A stretch of 64,000 nucleotides of DNA. Origin: an uncultured Sphingomonas sp. Lineage in GTDB: Bacteria; Pseudomonadota; Alphaproteobacteria; Sphingomonadales; Sphingomonadaceae. A model generated the notes under the pieces. The model saw nothing but the letters and a program-made list of their open reading frames with translations. It ran no database searches and was not told where the DNA came from. The stretch lies in assembly GCA_964244765.1 (NCBI GenBank), contig CAXTJX010000005.1:4606-68605 (forward strand), in the 5' to 3' direction. The number at the start of each line of letters is the position of its first letter. Position 1 is the first letter of the stretch. This document shows positions 62,301-64,000 of the stretch, piece by piece. A program made the translations under genes and the position numbers.

Positions 62301-63035
62301 CTAAAAGACATCTTTGGCGGCGCGGCGCTCGGCGAGTTGCCCGACGGAGGTGGCGCGCAGGAACGGGTTGGTCGCCAGTTCCAGGGCGATCGTTGTGGGC
62401 ACCGTTGCCTCGCCCGCCGCGCGCTTGGCGTCGACTTGCTTCATGCGCTCGGTGACGGCTGCATTGTCCGGCTCGGCGGCGGCGGCATAGCGGCCGTTCG
62501 CCTGAGTATATTCGTGCGCGCAATACACCGCCGTTTCGGGCGGCAAGGCCGCCAGCCGCCGCATGTTGGCATGCATCTGCGCCGGACCACCCTCGAACAA
62601 CCGTCCGCAGCCCATCGCGAACAGCGTGTCGCCGCTGAACAGCGCCGCGTCCTCGGCCAGATGGAACACGATATGCCCGGCGGTGTGCCCCGGCGTCTCG
62701 ATAACGCGCGCGACATGAGCACCGATGCGCACTGTATCGCCCTCGCGCAGGCCGTGATCCAGCGTCGGGATCTTGTCCGCTTCCGCCGCCGGGCCGCTGA
62801 CCGTCGCCCCGAGCGCCTTGATCGCGGCATTACCGCCGGTGTGATCGGGGTGCCAGTGCGTGTTCCAGACCTGCGAGATCGTCCAGCCGCGCGCCGTCGC
62901 CGCGTCGATCACCGGCGCGGCCTCGCCCGGATCGACGACGATCGTCTCGCCCGAGGCGGGATCGTGCACCAGCCACACGTAATTGTCGGAAAGCGCCGGG
63001 ATGCCGACGATGTCGAGGGGCGCGGCCATCACCAT
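62301..63035 (-). CDS. gloB: Hydroxyacylglutathione hydrolase (glyoxalase II)
   Basis: [34 protein letters not shown]. Confidence 0.93.
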   Translation of the reverse strand: MVMAAPLDIVGIPALSDNYVWLVHDPASGETIVVDPGEAAPVIDAATARGWTISQVWNTHWHPDHTGGNAAIKALGATVSGPAAEADKIPTLDHGLREGDTVRIGAHVARVIETPGHTAGHIVFHLAEDAALFSGDTLFAMGCGRLFEGGPAQMHANMRRLAALPPETAVYCAHEYTQANGRYAAAAEPDNAAVTERMKQVDAKRAAGEATVPTTIALELATNPFLRATSVGQLAERRAAKDVF

Positions 63036-63481
63036 TCACCGCTGTTGGGCATCGACGCCCAGGGTTCGGCCGGGGCGAGCGGCGTGCCCTGCTGCAACAG
63101 CTCGATCGAGATCGCGTCGGGCGTGCGCACGAACGCCATATGGCCGTCGCGCGGCGGCCGGCTGATCGTCACGCCGCCGTCCAGCAGCCGCTGGCAGGTT
63201 TCGTAGATATTCTCGACGCGGTAGGCGAGGTGCCCGAAATTGCGCCCGCCGCCATAGACTTCCGCCTCGCCCTGCTCCGGCGGCCAGTTATAGGTCAGCT
63301 CGACCTCCGCCCTGGCGCGTTCGCCGGGCGCCGCCATGTCGTCGGGCGTGGCCAGGAAGATCAGCGTGAAGCGGCCCTTCTCGCTCTCCATGCGGCGTAC
63401 TTCCCGCAAGCCCAGCAGCGTGAAGAACGCGACCGTGGCGTCCGGATCGGTCACGCGGATCATCGTATGGAGGTAGTTCAT
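63029..63481 (-). CDS. gloA: Lactoylglutathione lyase (glyoxalase I, VOC family)
   Basis: [25 protein letters not shown]. Confidence 0.85.
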   Translation of the reverse strand: MNYLHTMIRVTDPDATVAFFTLLGLREVRRMESEKGRFTLIFLATPDDMAAPGERARAEVELTYNWPPEQGEAEVYGGGRNFGHLAYRVENIYETCQRLLDGGVTISRPPRDGHMAFVRTPDAISIELLQQGTPLAPAEPWASMPNSGEW

Positions 63482-63576
63482 CGGTTCGCTTTCCTGCTCG
63501 TCCGGACGCACCCTGTTTCGTCAGGTCGGTTTCGGCATTTACGGCGCCGCACGGGCGACTCACGGCGCTTGTGCGT

Positions 63577-63609
63577 CACGGTGGCCCCCGGGACAAGCCC
63601 GGGGTGACG
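63577..63609. repeat. Half copy of repeat family B
   Basis: CACGGTGGCCCCCGGGACAAGCCCGGGGTGACG. Confidence 0.65.
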
Positions 63610-63617
63610 AACAGGGG

Positions 63618-64000
63618 TCAGGGCTTCCCATCGAACTGCCGGAGCGCCGCCGCCGCTGCCGTGCCGGCCGCGCTGTCGGGGCGCAGCGTCACCGCTTGCC
63701 GCCACGCCGCCTGCGCGCCCGTCGCGTCGCCCGCCTGCGCGGCGATGTTGCCCGCCTCGAGCTGCACCGCCGGGTCGTCGCCGCCCAGCGCCAGGGCCTT
63801 AGCGATGTCGGCCCTGGCGCGCGGTCCCTGCTGCATCCGCCGCGCCAGCGTCGCCGAGAGCAGCCACGCCAGCGGATCGGCCGGCGCATCGGCCAGCGCG
63901 CGGTCGAGATCGTCGCGCGCATTCTCCAGGTCGTCGCCCGCGACCATCGCGCGGGCGCGGTCGAGATGCGCCTCGCCCAGCGCCAAGCCCTTGAGCGTGC
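63618..64000 (-). CDS. TPR-like protein, 3' part only
   Basis: Ala-rich helical repeats (DPLAWLLSATLARR, VQLEAGNIA); starts beyond window. Confidence 0.75.
   Translation of the reverse strand, partial: TLKGLALGEAHLDRARAMVAGDDLENARDDLDRALADAPADPLAWLLSATLARRMQQGPRARADIAKALALGGDDPAVQLEAGNIAAQAGDATGAQAAWRQAVTLRPDSAAGTAAAAALRQFDGKP

Overview
GC-rich alphaproteobacterial chromosome segment; gene content and order suggest a sphingomonad (inference). It is mostly housekeeping: divK, rpmG, dps, DNA ligase, rnd-lptCAB-rpoN, phaC/phasin/phaB, clpS, murA, lgt, hemH, rpmB, purD/xseA, clpB, purK, gloAB. The left ~9 kb is a sulfur-themed cluster: an uncharacterised 1-Cys peroxiredoxin/desaturase-like/signal-less PhnD-fold operon, divergent from mtnE-B-D-C-A, plus cysE-like and PuuD-like genes, with a candidate shared operator. 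Intergenic DNA carries at least three palindromic repeat families. One has a conserved, transcription-oriented loop and compensatory stem changes; one has a nested second repeat; one is inserted in frame in a gene. Many genes survive only as short stubs (DUF1801, IS1182 transposase, thioesterase, M16 peptidase and others). No tRNA, rRNA or CRISPR array was seen. All family calls come from motif recognition by eye, not database searches.
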